This document shows, in pieces, positions 1-11,434 of a stretch of DNA of 64,000 nt; the stretch's first letter is position 1, and every line of letters starts with the position of its first letter. The position numbers and the translations under genes are program-made. The notes below the pieces were generated by a model. That model saw only the letters and a program-made list of their open reading frames with translations. It was not told the origin of the DNA and ran no database searches. This DNA comes from Yuukianura sp. NJ FZ-2021 (Eukaryota), in contig CM102286.1 of the NCBI GenBank assembly GCA_046563655.1, forward strand, positions 13,392,001 through 13,456,000, given 5' to 3'.

Positions 1-1
1 T

Positions 2-1330
2 CCACATCCTCCGCATCATGTTGGAAGCGGGAGCGGAATGAGTGAACAACCTAATGGGAAAACCGCATCATTAGCATTAGGGGGTGCCGAGACCATGATG
101 ATGATGAGTACGACGACATCAGCTCCGGGAAGAATGTCGTCAAAGGCTGGAGCGGGAGGGAACAAAGCCAGTTCGGAATCCGGTTCAGAGTCGGGAGCGG
201 TTCCGGGAAGTGTCGGAACCGGTTCTACTACAAGTACTAACTGTGTTGATTTACGAGTTGGAGGTCGAAGCTGGGAGAAAAGTGGAGTAAGTGCTCCGCC
301 ACCTCGGTCGATCTATAAACCTCTGTCAGCTTTCCATGACCCTGCCGAACTAAATCTTGCCCATTCATCTACTCTAACCGCTCCACAACGCTCGTCCCCA
401 GACACTTTGAGCAGCCCAGGAGTCGGTTTCAACCAAGAACAAGACGGGAGTGGTAGCCTCACTTCAACCAAACCCTTATCCACCACATACGTTCTCAAGA
501 ACCTTCATCACATTTATCTGAGAGTCAAGGAGAAAGCAGGAGAAAGTGGCACAGATTCTCTCAGTAGTCATCTCACGCCTACGATCAATAATAACACGGA
601 GCATCACGGCCACCACCAAGCTAGTTCCGCTCATTTCAAAACACAGCAGCAGCAGTTCCAGGCTTCACTGAATTCGGTTCCACCGAGTGGCGGATCCTCC
701 AGAAAAGCGAGCCACCCAGCTCATCTCCGCCCGTTTAATTATTTTATCCCTGGAACTCCAGATATGAACAATCACGATCACTCAATCTCTGATGAAACCA
801 AAAAGAAAGTAATTGATTTAAGTGGAGTGAGTGAGGTCAATCCAGGGCGGGAAAAAGTGACCTCCCTCAGTGAGAAAAAGGCTAAAGATGGTGGATCTGG
901 GGGAGATAACATTAGGATTCCACTTCCGAGACCAATCAAAGGCGAATCTAATTACACCAGAAACAAGAGACTTCATTCCTCATCACTTAATTCCCTAACC
1001 TCATCCTCCAATCTTTCCTTTGACGAGGAAGAAGAAGAAGAACCAGTGGAACTGCGCAAGAATTTTAAATATTCCCGCACTTCAGAGCCAAAATTGAAAG
1101 GTCACGCGGCAGCATCAGCATCGCCAGCATCCTCTTCGCAGTACAATGACGATGACGGTGACACAGCAGTTGAGCATGGCCAAGGAAGTGACATTGTTAA
1201 TGTCCTTTCAGAAACGGAACCTGAAGATGATCACACTAAAAGTGAAAGTAGCGATGTTGAAGACGCTGAAAATTTGGAGAGTTTAAAAAACTACAGAACA
1301 GGAACTAGTCCAGAAAAACTAGTTGAGTGA
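2..1330 (+). CDS. 3' terminal coding exon of an unidentified gene; Ser/Gly/Glu-rich, probably disordered protein, truncated at the window edge
   Basis: 430-aa ORF 38..1330 stays open upstream to the window start (CCA CAT CCT CCG...). GC content drops sharply after the TGA. AATAAA hexamers lie near 2195 and 2211. No recognisable folded domain. Confidence 0.75.
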   Translation, partial: PHPPHHVGSGSGMSEQPNGKTASLALGGAETMMMMSTTTSAPGRMSSKAGAGGNKASSESGSESGAVPGSVGTGSTTSTNCVDLRVGGRSWEKSGVSAPPPRSIYKPLSAFHDPAELNLAHSSTLTAPQRSSPDTLSSPGVGFNQEQDGSGSLTSTKPLSTTYVLKNLHHIYLRVKEKAGESGTDSLSSHLTPTINNNTEHHGHHQASSAHFKTQQQQFQASLNSVPPSGGSSRKASHPAHLRPFNYFIPGTPDMNNHDHSISDETKKKVIDLSGVSEVNPGREKVTSLSEKKAKDGGSGGDNIRIPLPRPIKGESNYTRNKRLHSSSLNSLTSSSNLSFDEEEEEEPVELRKNFKYSRTSEPKLKGHAAASASPASSSQYNDDDGDTAVEHGQGSDIVNVLSETEPEDDHTKSESSDVEDAENLESLKNYRTGTSPEKLVE

Positions 1331-4136
1331 AATAAATTTAAAAATTAGTTAGTCATTGTATCAATTAAAGTCCTATTTTTAATTAGCATTTAGTAATTAA
1401 CACTTAGTTCTACTCATTCATGTGATTCTTGATAGGAGGAGAAAGGTAAAATGAAAGTTAGGCTGTTGTGTTTACGACATAAAACAAAACCTGCGCATCA
1501 AAATGAATTATTCAACACTTTCTTCTGAGAAAGTCAATTAAGACGTGTTTTGAAAACAAAGAATACTTGTTGAAAGCGTCGCAATTAAATTTAAACTTTT
1601 CACCGTGTTTCTCGCTACTGAAATTTCCGCATGTAACTCTATTCAATCTCAGTGGTGGTAAATTTTAGCTTTAAATTTTATTACAATTAATTGAAATTCC
1701 AGCTAAAATTATGATTGTTTCCAATTTTAAGAAAGTTCTAACTTACAAAGTTTCTGTTTCATAATTTTTTTAGAAAGAAAGTTAATTACGAATTGCAGTC
1801 CAATTTTTTTAGTCCGATGTCATTCCTTTGTTTTTCATTCAAACTAACATTAACTAACTTTTCATAGATAAACTTCTAAGAATTGTGTGCTTGATTAAAT
1901 CTATGTCATAATTGCAATTACAAAAGCAATTAACACACCCAATGGTCGTGATAATTAATTTAACTTAAGTTACGCAGTACTAATAAGGTATTAGAACTTT
2001 AGAATTTGGCTTTGACGCATAGCATCATAAAATCTAACTCGTCATAAGTTATGATAATTAACTTATTACAAATAATTATTGCTAGTTTAGCCTAAAATTG
2101 AAAACCTAATTTAAGAGGACAACAACAAAAGATTTGTGGAAATTATAACTGTAATGGTAAATTCAAAATTTCAAAAAAAAAAAGTCTTGGAAATAATAAA
2201 ATGTGTCTAAAATAAAATTCTAATCAACTACAAAAATACACGCCAGTATCGAACAAACTAAGCAACTGAAGTAAAGCTTAAAGAACTAAAACCGTAAATA
2301 TTCAAATGGACTTGAATTTTGACTCTCTTTTGAAAAAGTGAAAGTAGCATTAAATTAGCTCAGATTTACGAAAAATCAAACAAAAAGTTGACATTTGAGC
2401 TAATCTTGATTAGAAAGTTACTTGTTGAGGAGATTGTTTATTGAGAAAATTGTTGTGCACCAAACCCTGTTAGTTTTTCTAGTACTAAAGTACTAAAAGT
2501 ACTAAAGAACTTTCAGTCGTGATAGTAAAAAACGTGATTCATAGTCGGAGAGTGTTGATTGAGTTTAGTCTTTAGCGTTATAGGTGGAGGATGACACAAG
2601 ATAGATTGACGTTGTGGTAAAAGGTATAAAATTGATCATAATAATAACATTAGGTGTCTCAACGACTCTCAGACTCCCGGGAATCTTCCTGGAAAGACTC
2701 AATGCCCTAATGGATCTCCTCCCGAATGTTCCCGTTTTTAGAACTCCCGGGTAATAACAACTCTGGTGCGGCTGCACACTATAATGTTAGAAGTAGGGGG
2801 AGATTGAACGCTAGAAACTGAAAATGAGATTTATTTCCGTTTGAGTTTCATGAGATGACACGTGACATGCCTTGCGATGATAATCATGAAAGTGGGTAGT
2901 TTTCTCCGCATTTTTCCACTTTCTCCCTCACTCTCCACTTTCACTTTTTCATTTTTTTTTTCAACTCAATTCCAAGGATTCTCCTGTCTCAGCTCAACTC
3001 TCTCAAAAGTGGGAGTTGATTTGATGGGATGTGCGCAACTGAAAATCCAAATAAAACCGTATACTTCGTGGTTACTCAAACTTAAACAGGAAGAAAGCAC
3101 ATAGCCTAACATGACACACCGCACCCTACTAAAAAGTAAAAGTATAGAGCGGGAAAACCAATTCAATTCCTGGAGCTCCAGATAAAATTCTGCTCCACTC
3201 TTTCATCCGCATAAGTCAGACAACGGGGAATCGTCAAACGAAGAAAAGAATCAAACATTTCCACTTTCTCGGATCTTTTTTTTCAAAACCTAACAAAAAA
3301 GAAGCTGGTTTGCATAAAAATCAATAACAAGAGAGGAGCCTTTAGCGTGTGTATAGATATGGAGACAGACTTTCACTTTCTCTACATATGTTAACAACTC
3401 CCAAATAGAAAATTGTTTTTCCCTAAACAAAAAAAAAGGCCTGGAGAGTCGCTGGAGCTTTCTCCAGCGAAGGGGATTTGGTCTCCCTCGCCGCCACAAA
3501 CAAATCTGTGGCCAGAGCTTGGAGGCTTGAGCCGGGCTGAGGCCAAAAGTCCAAGCTTGGGAGAAAGTTCTCCAAGTTTTCACCTAAGGGGCATCGGGGT
3601 CAGACAGCCAACTTCCCTCAGCCCGCCCACTGCCCCTCCCTGCCCCACCACCACCAGGGACTCATGCCATTGAAAATGGCTTCCACTGTGGAAGTTCCAT
3701 TTGAACCACCACCAAAATACCCGCCAAAAGAGAACCACTTACAAAAGTTCAATTAAAGGAATTCCCGTCTCCCCATTTCCTCATCATTACCCTCTAATCC
3801 ATAAATGTGTTCTAATGAAAATCCTTTTAGGGTTTTGGGATAACCTTAGTCTTTGACTATAGACCACTAATACTCAATTCTCATTTCACCCCTAAGCTCA
3901 TTTAGTACCGTAAATTTCCCACTTTTATAAAAAAAAAGTACTTTTTTTTTTAAAACAAATTCGACAAGTTTTCAGCACCACAAATAGACAAGGTCAAATT
4001 TTTGAAATTTAAATTAAGCCGCCAAATATCTCGAAATTTCTGTCAATGTTAGCAAATCGTTTTGAGTTATACTGAAATTTTCGAAAATTTTCATTTATTT
4101 AAATTTTTTCCATAAAAACTCCCGCCATAAAAAATA

Positions 4137-4328
4137 TACCGTAAAATTTCCAATTGCATGAGTCGATACAAAATATTACAGTTACCGTAAAATCACAAAT
4201 TGAAGGATACTTCCAGTATCACTCATCGTAAAATCAATCGTAATTCGTATTTACGAAATAGTCACTTGTGATTTTGCGGTTGTATTAAAATTGAATATGT
4301 GCCGGACATTTTTGGCAAAATTACGGTA
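4137..4328. mobile_element. Nested MITE-like inverted-repeat element with TACCGTA...TACGGTA ends (Tc1/mariner/pogo-like termini)
   Basis: Outer arms taccgtaaaatttccaa (4137) / ttggcaaaattacggta (ending 4328). Inner arms taccgtaaaatcacaa (4183) / ttgtgattttgcggt (4266-4280). A further taccgtaaatttcc end lies near 3906. Confidence 0.55.
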
Positions 4329-5190
4329 ACTTTGAAGCAGTAAAGGAGAAACAGTATATTAAGCGCCCTTTAGACCGCATTGACCAAGCCAAGACTTAGA
4401 GTCGGGTGATCGTCTAATAAAATAAAAGGAGGCACTTGAGCTTGGTAATTTAGTAGTACACAAATAAATTGCTCCAACTTTTTTTTTCTTATTTCGGGAA
4501 AAAGTAAGGCGGGAAAAGAAATAAAAGTTAAATTGAGCTACTTTTCCTGAAATCAGTCTAACTGATGAGGTGCCTTTAGGTTAGGCTGAAAAAAGGAAGA
4601 CAGAAAGGTCAGCTTCCTACGATTTACCCCAAAAACGCTTATTTTGTGGAGGCTTTTAAGAACTTGACATCCTCTGCCCATTATATCTCTTTTCCAAATC
4701 CATTTGGATCACTTTCTCCTCCAACTTTCCCCTGCTCATCATCAGTCTTACTAGGCTAGGCTAGGCTAAACCTAACATTTTAGACTAACCTAACCAAAAG
4801 TTTCTTATTCCACTGCCCATCTATTCTACTGCCTAACCTCTCACAAAGGAATGCCCATTTCTGACAGACTAATAATTTTTTCCTTTTCTCTTATAACCCC
4901 AACCCAGACTAAATTACAGCCATATTCCTCTCTTTTTGAAAGAACACACAACACTTCTTTTTCTTTCCGCTTCAAAAATTCAAAAAAGTGTAGATTTTTT
5001 TCAGCATAATTTTGAAAAAGAAAAAGAGAAAAGCTCTTCCCGGTTCCTTTAGAATTTGAAATCTCTCCATCTTTTCACTTCCTTTTTCCTTTACTAAAGA
5101 AGAACTTTTTGAAAGCAAAGTGTCCTCAGACTGATGAATACATATATGGGAATTAGAATCCACTTTCACTTTACACATAGACAGTCATAC

Positions 5191-5234
5191 TATCTTATAT
5201 TATAGTTATTATATCTTATATTATAGTTATTATA
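5191..5234. repeat. 21-bp tandem duplication (tatcttatattatagttatta x2)
   Basis: Direct inspection. Confidence 0.85.
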
Positions 5235-7187
5235 TATAACTTATAATAATACAGGAAATATACTCATCTAAGGTTTTTCTTATCTCATTTGAGATGCAGG
5301 CAGAAAGCCTTCTTTTTAGATTTCCTTTTTGCTTGACATAGAACATAAGCCTTTGCAATTTCTTGAAAAAAATGGGTGAAAGCTTTTTTTAAAAAAAATG
5401 CTGAAGAATAATCATCTTCTGGAGAAGAGAGAGAAAGTGGAGTTATATGAAAAATATGTGAAGTGAAATGAGTCAAAAAGAAATTCATAATAACTCAAAG
5501 CAGATTTTCCTTTTTAGAGGCAAATGATGGCTTTTACCTTTGTGACAGAAAAGAAAGTGCGGGAAAAAGCAGCAGAGGGAAGTTCATTATAAATTAATTC
5601 AAAGAGAGCGAATCAGGGAGACGGATTTCTCTTTCATTTTTTTGAAACAGTAAACTTTTCTTTTGATATTAGATCCCACTTAAGACAAAAAATATAAATA
5701 AGGATTGCTACTATTCTTAGGAATTCAAAATTTTAACAATTTAAAATATACATAACTTCCGTGAAACTAACTTGAAATTTTAACAGCCTTAACTTTTCTA
5801 AAACTTTTTTTTTGTCCATTATGACCAAATCTATTTACGATTAGTGGAAAGACCTAATTGGTTTTTGTAGAAAATGTAATTGAGTAAGACCAGGAAACTT
5901 GAAATTTAAAACTTTAACAAAAGTTTGTTTTTCTTTCTTTTCTTTTTTTGAATCTACCCGCGTCTGCCTGTGTGCCCATAAGGTTGTAAGAGTTTCTTTT
6001 GATTTGAAACGTGCATTTGAAAACATCTAATTTCGGTTGACGACTTTCACTTTTTTGAAGAACTGAGTAAACAGGATTCTGGAGTAGGAAAAAAATAATA
6101 CGATATGAAGATAATTTAAAGTTTTTCAAAGAAGTCTTTTTGAAGAGAAAGGAAAGTGAAAGTGGAAATCTGATTTCCTTTTTCCTTTGGTTTCCTATTC
6201 TCATTTTAATAGGAAAGTTAGTGTAGTGTATGTCTACACTCTCCACACAGGAGAAAGTACTAAAAGAAATCTCCAGTGAAATGAATTGAATCAAATGTAA
6301 ACAAATGTTTTTTCTTTTCTAAAAAACTTTTCTAAATTCTAAAAAAGTGGAGAAAGCAACTACTGGTTTGGTCTACTCCTCGTTTACTCTGCACCACTCA
6401 CTGAGCCGTAAACAAACGAGATTTGTTTTTCTTTTGAGAAACTAAATACTTCTTCTGGGACCAGAAACCCTATTTACAGTTTTTTTTCTTTTACAAGTCA
6501 TCTTCAGTTTCATTTCATCATCTTTTGTAACTTTAGGATAAGAAAATGAGATATAGGATAGTTATATCGTACAGAAGCATAAGGATTTATCCTAAGAAAG
6601 ACTATAGGATATCCCTTGGACTTTTCTAAGGATTTTCACTCTACCCCTTTTATTTTCTACGTTTTCCTCGATTTAACTTGTTTTTCTGCTCCAACTTACC
6701 TTTTCTCCATCATCGGTTTCACAGTAGGGGGAAATTCTATTCCACTTTCACATTTTTCTTTTCTTTTTGAATTCAAATCTTCGCAGAGCATCCAGAATCC
6801 TTAGCCCTTCAGGCGTAAACATATGCCGTTAACTGTATGCGGACTGGAACACAAGTTTCTGAAAAAAAAAACAGAACGCGTCAATATTTTCAAACAAAAA
6901 AAAATCTAACACTTCAATATTTTCAAAATACACACACATAAAATTTCTAAACTTGGAAATACTCTCGAAGCAACCTTAAAATTCAAATGTTACCAACCAA
7001 TTCAGAATTTTTTTTCCAAAATTCAAGTTCAAAATTTCATGGCGGCGTCAGAATTTGTGACGTGTTGTCCATGCACACGAATCAATGTAAAATGAGCTAA
7101 TTAGTTTTAGTTAAACTAATGAAAGTTAGTTAATGTAATACTAATCAACGTCTTAATATTAAACTAATAAAATCTGAGTCACCTTAC

Positions 7188-7650
7188 CAAAACATCATGA
7201 TTGGTGGATGAAGCGTAGCATGTTACGGCAGTTGTAACCTTATCTGTGGCGTTTGGCATCGCGGCGCTTGCACTAGAAGCAGTTAGATGATGCCGTATTA
7301 GTATCACTGAAAACAGAAGCGACGGAATTTGGCACAGAGAAAGCAATCCGAAGCTTCTTAAGAGCCGTTAAGGCATAATGGCAAATGACAACGACAATAT
7401 CTTCTTCGCCAAAAAATTTCCGAGTCGGGAGAAAGCATGGAGAAAGTTGGCGGGAAGCGAGGATTGACGTAATGGCGGTTCCAAAAGCAAACGAAACACA
7501 TAGACTTCTGTAACATAGCGACCAACATTCAACATCAAATCATGCTAGCATCTGTAAAAAGAAAAAAAGCGTTATCAAATGCTGTTCTCTGACATTCACT
7601 TGGCATAAGAAGGTAATTCTCTTACACTGTTTTGGTTTTTGTTACTCACC
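7188..7650 (-). other. Probable 5' exons of an unannotated minus-strand transcript (exon ending at 7650; intron 7649-7552; exon 7551-7188)
   Basis: Consensus donor CG|GTGAGT at 7649. Strong acceptor ttttttctttttacAG at 7552. The 98-nt intron is typical of this genome. Donor TTG|GTAAGG at 7187. The region lies downstream of the GKAP1 polyA signal (~8082). Confidence 0.45.
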
Positions 7651-8638
7651 GAAGAGAAAGTTGAAGCGAAAGAAAGGAAAAAAAGTTTTATAAAAACAAG
7701 TTCGGAAAACATAAAATATAAAAATGCCTAATGAGATCTTTTCCTGGAAATGAAAAATATAGAGATACTGGGAATGCTTTTTGGCACCTTCTTTTCATTC
7801 CTTTCACTCGAAATACTGGCAGTAGTGCTCGGAAGTATTCTGGTACATACTGTGCTCAATGGTAATAAAGGATCATAAAACATTTGGCTTGTGCTTGGCA
7901 TAGTCAAGTATAAGGAGAAAGTTTTTCAGGGTTATAAAAGTCGGCAGGTATTCTACCGGGGATTCAACCGAAAAAATCCGCCTTTCACTTCATCTTTCAA
8001 AAGGATTTGAAGATTTCAAGATTTTTTCAGATTTTTTTAGAATCCTCTGAAACTAGATGGTTAGCGACAAAATAAATGTGATTTATTAAACTTACGGTAC
8101 ACAGAGCACAGGAAATGAAGATTGTTTTGTGTGTCGAAATTGTGGCCGCAAAATGAAGCCTTCTAGGCAAGAATTAGACACGTAACTACTTACAATTAAT
8201 GAAGAAAATTAAAACTATTAATTTGACAAAGCCAATTACTTTGACCAATGTTTCTGAAAAACGAACTTAACTTAAAATTATTACAGAAAAGATTCGGGTT
8301 TAGTGTAAAGTGTAAATCATGTTCCTGACCTTCCATAACAGAATCTGCATCAGAATCTATTAACTCACTGGGTCCATAGGCATCTAATAGTGGAATACTT
8401 TCAAAGGGCTTCAATTAGCAGGGATTTTACATGTAGAATGTAGAAATATACAAATAGAACATACGTGGACAATGTGCGTTGCACTCAGGAAAAACAAGTC
8501 ACTACTTGTACTTAACTTACAGTTGTTCCTGACCTTCGAGTGTAAATGCTAAGTAGAATTATGAAAATAAGTATATTTTCATAGTATCCGAGATTTCGAG
8601 GAGAAGTGGAAGCCATACTGGAGTAAATACGAACTGAT

Positions 8639-10104
8639 TTACTGAGAAAGTTCGTGCTGTGAGTGAGTTCGGCCGTGGATCCGACGAGATTGCTAAAAAC
8701 ACAAACGTTGAAGATTAACAGTTGTGCTAATTGAAAGTTAAAATAAGCAATTATAAAAATAATTATAGATAATTTTTTTTATAAATATTTGCGTTTTACC
8801 TCGCTCATCTTCTTCACCTCCATCATGGCTGCATGTGAACGCGAACGTTCTTGCTCCAACTGTGAATATGCATTTTTGAGCTCATCGTTCAAATCCTGGT
8901 TCAATTTGGTCAGCTCTTGGTTGGATTCGGTCATCTTCTCCAAGTCTCGTTGAAGATGAACTTTTTCTTTAACTGCAAAAATACTTCCGTGATTAGCAAA
9001 CATCACTTGTTGTTTTTACGCTTCAATTAACTTACGTTCCGAATCATTCAATAGTCCCAGCAACTTCTTGAAACGAGCCTTAAACATGTCAAGCTCCTCC
9101 TCTAAGGCATGCTTGTCTTTCTCCAGCTGAGAAATAACGATTGTCAAATCTCGGTCGTCCATCTCTTCCAACCCATTGACGGTAGTACTTGGTGGTATAA
9201 CGGGCGTATTCGCATTACCGTTCACAAAATGCTGTTAAAAAGTGACAGTACATGTGAACATTTTAGATAACAAAATAGAGGAGAATATCAAATGTCAATT
9301 GCTTACGGCGTTCCGGGAAAGTAGCAAAGCTCTCTCCTCGGCATTCTGCTTATCTTTCAATAGCTCCATTTGAGTCTCAAGACGCAAGCGTTGAATAACT
9401 GACTCCTCGTCGACTGGTTTAACGGAACGATTAGCGTTGGAGTCGGTGGCAGTAGGTGATAAGGCTTGGTTAAACTCGGCTATCGGTACGGCAGGTTTCT
9501 TCTTTTTCTTTGGTTTAGAGGAGGTTGCGGCTCCAGTGGTGCCTTGCGATTTGTCCTGTTGGTTCTTTTGAAACTCGAGTTTGGACTGTAAAATGGCTTC
9601 TTCCAACTGAGATTGGTATTCGGCAGTAACATACTATCCAAAGGAAAAGACATTATGAAATCAGAATTAAAACATTGAACTCGCAAAGTGTCATCAACGT
9701 ACCTCTGTATCTCGTTTTTCCCAAGCATCCCAATCCAACACTGCTGCTTTCGATTTAGGCTTGTCACCTTTGTTCTGACTCTTAGATGATTCCCCGGTAC
9801 CGTTTGCTGCGTTCTTCTGTGGCTAGCACAATAATCATGAGTAATCAATAGAATTAGTGAATACAGCCATTCTTGCAACGAACAACGAAACACAGAACGA
9901 TACCTTATTATTATTTGCATTTGTTCCTGGTGTAGGCTTCTTGTCTTTGGCCTTCTTTTGAGCTGCAGATGAAGCGCTTGATTTTGCCGAGCCAGAGGCA
10001 GTGGTGGTAGAATTCGACGGCTTTGCTTTACTTTTCTTAACAAATGGGTCGGATACATCGTCGGTAAGCAACGCAAAACGAGATGCGACAGTAGAGAAAG
10101 CCAT
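8639..10104 (-). CDS. GKAP1: G kinase-anchoring protein 1-like coiled-coil protein; coding exons 10104-9904, 9822-9703, 9633-9307, 9231-9036, 8972-8800, 8692-8639
   Basis: N-terminal ASRFALL motif, W..W.KRD...Y...LEEAILQSKLEF block and a C-terminal coiled coil ending LEQERSR, all as in GKAP1. All introns are GT-AG with consistent phase. Minus-strand AATAAA near 8082. Confidence 0.8.
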
Positions 10105-11434
10105 GTTCAGAAGCAACGATTACCTGTTACAAGAAAAAAAACACGTCATTATTTAAAATGCAAATACATATCACTTTTAAGTTTAACTGGAATTGGCATT
10201 GGCAGTGACAATGAGGAATGCATTGACAGCTTTTTTTTAGAAACACCTTCTTTTTTTTACTCAATTACCTTTGAAATGATTGAATGGATAAATCCACACT
10301 GGCACTCCCGAATCCGAAATGACCTGTGTTTCAGTGACCTCTTCGACCACACCCAACAATGAATTGGCAATTGAATACTCCCAACCCGTAGACTCGACAA
10401 ACAGGATACAAACAAGTGGAATGACCTGAAAAGCAGATGCAAAGACAAAAGAAATCAAACAAAAGCATAAACGGAATGAGAGACAGACGTAAACAATTTC
10501 AGCTGGACTAAAAAAGCTCGGTTGAAGAGAAATTAAATCGCATCAATTGTAACCACAAAGTGTAACCACCAACGCTGTTTTTTGTAACCACCCTAAGTTT
10601 ATAACTACCATGGGTGGTTGTAAACTAGAGTTGTTTTCTAAACTTTAAACAACTAAGCTAACAATTGCATTGCATTAATACTGCAACCTTGAGGGGATAC
10701 AGAAATGTCGTCGGTGGGTAGTTACTACAATGAATGCATTTATTTTACGTCGACCAGAAAATCAGCCGATCCTACAAAATTCTCCTCGGATAACGAATTC
10801 ACCCGCTTTACCAGAGCCGGAAAAGCATCATTAATCGATTAAGGTTAGCTACTACCACAAAACATAAGCTAACTAACTTTGATTAATTAACACGATTCAC
10901 TACGTTGATTGACTCGATTTATTACTTGCATAACTTAAATCTTATACAAGCTTCTTAAATCTGATTGCGAATTACACAACTTGTTCACCGGTAAGTTCCA
11001 TTGTATAACAAAAGCAAAAATCCTTAACTTTAATTTAATAAATTAATTAACACCGTTAATTGATACACTATAAATTGCAATTTCCAAACCCATTCCTACC
11101 TAGTATTTAACAAACAAAATGCAAATAACAATACTCTACTTGGTCAATTTTAAACGTTGCCAATTGAAATGGCTACGTTCCTTCTCCTTGCACGATGAAC
11201 CTACTCTAACTACGATCCTACAAAACGTTTAGCGTTCGACGGAAAAAATGAACGTTGTCTTTAAGTACTTTGGGAATTGAATCACAAAACGTTATGATAC
11301 TTGAGACTGCTGCTCAATCCGAAAACGTTTCCGAAAATAATTTATGTATCTTTGTTTCAACTTACCTCTAGGAGGATAAGTTTTTGTTAAGTAAAAGCAA
11401 TTAAGTCCAGTCGACGACTCAGCTCAAGCAGTCG

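Noticed and set aside
3290..3673. Overlapping 97-aa and 86-aa ORFs in a GC-richer patch
   Set aside because: Non-ATG starts, no convincing splice context, no recognisable motif; more likely regulatory DNA.
9480..10076. 198-aa minus-strand ORF overlapping GKAP1
   Set aside because: An alternative frame running through two GKAP1 introns, with no independent coding evidence.
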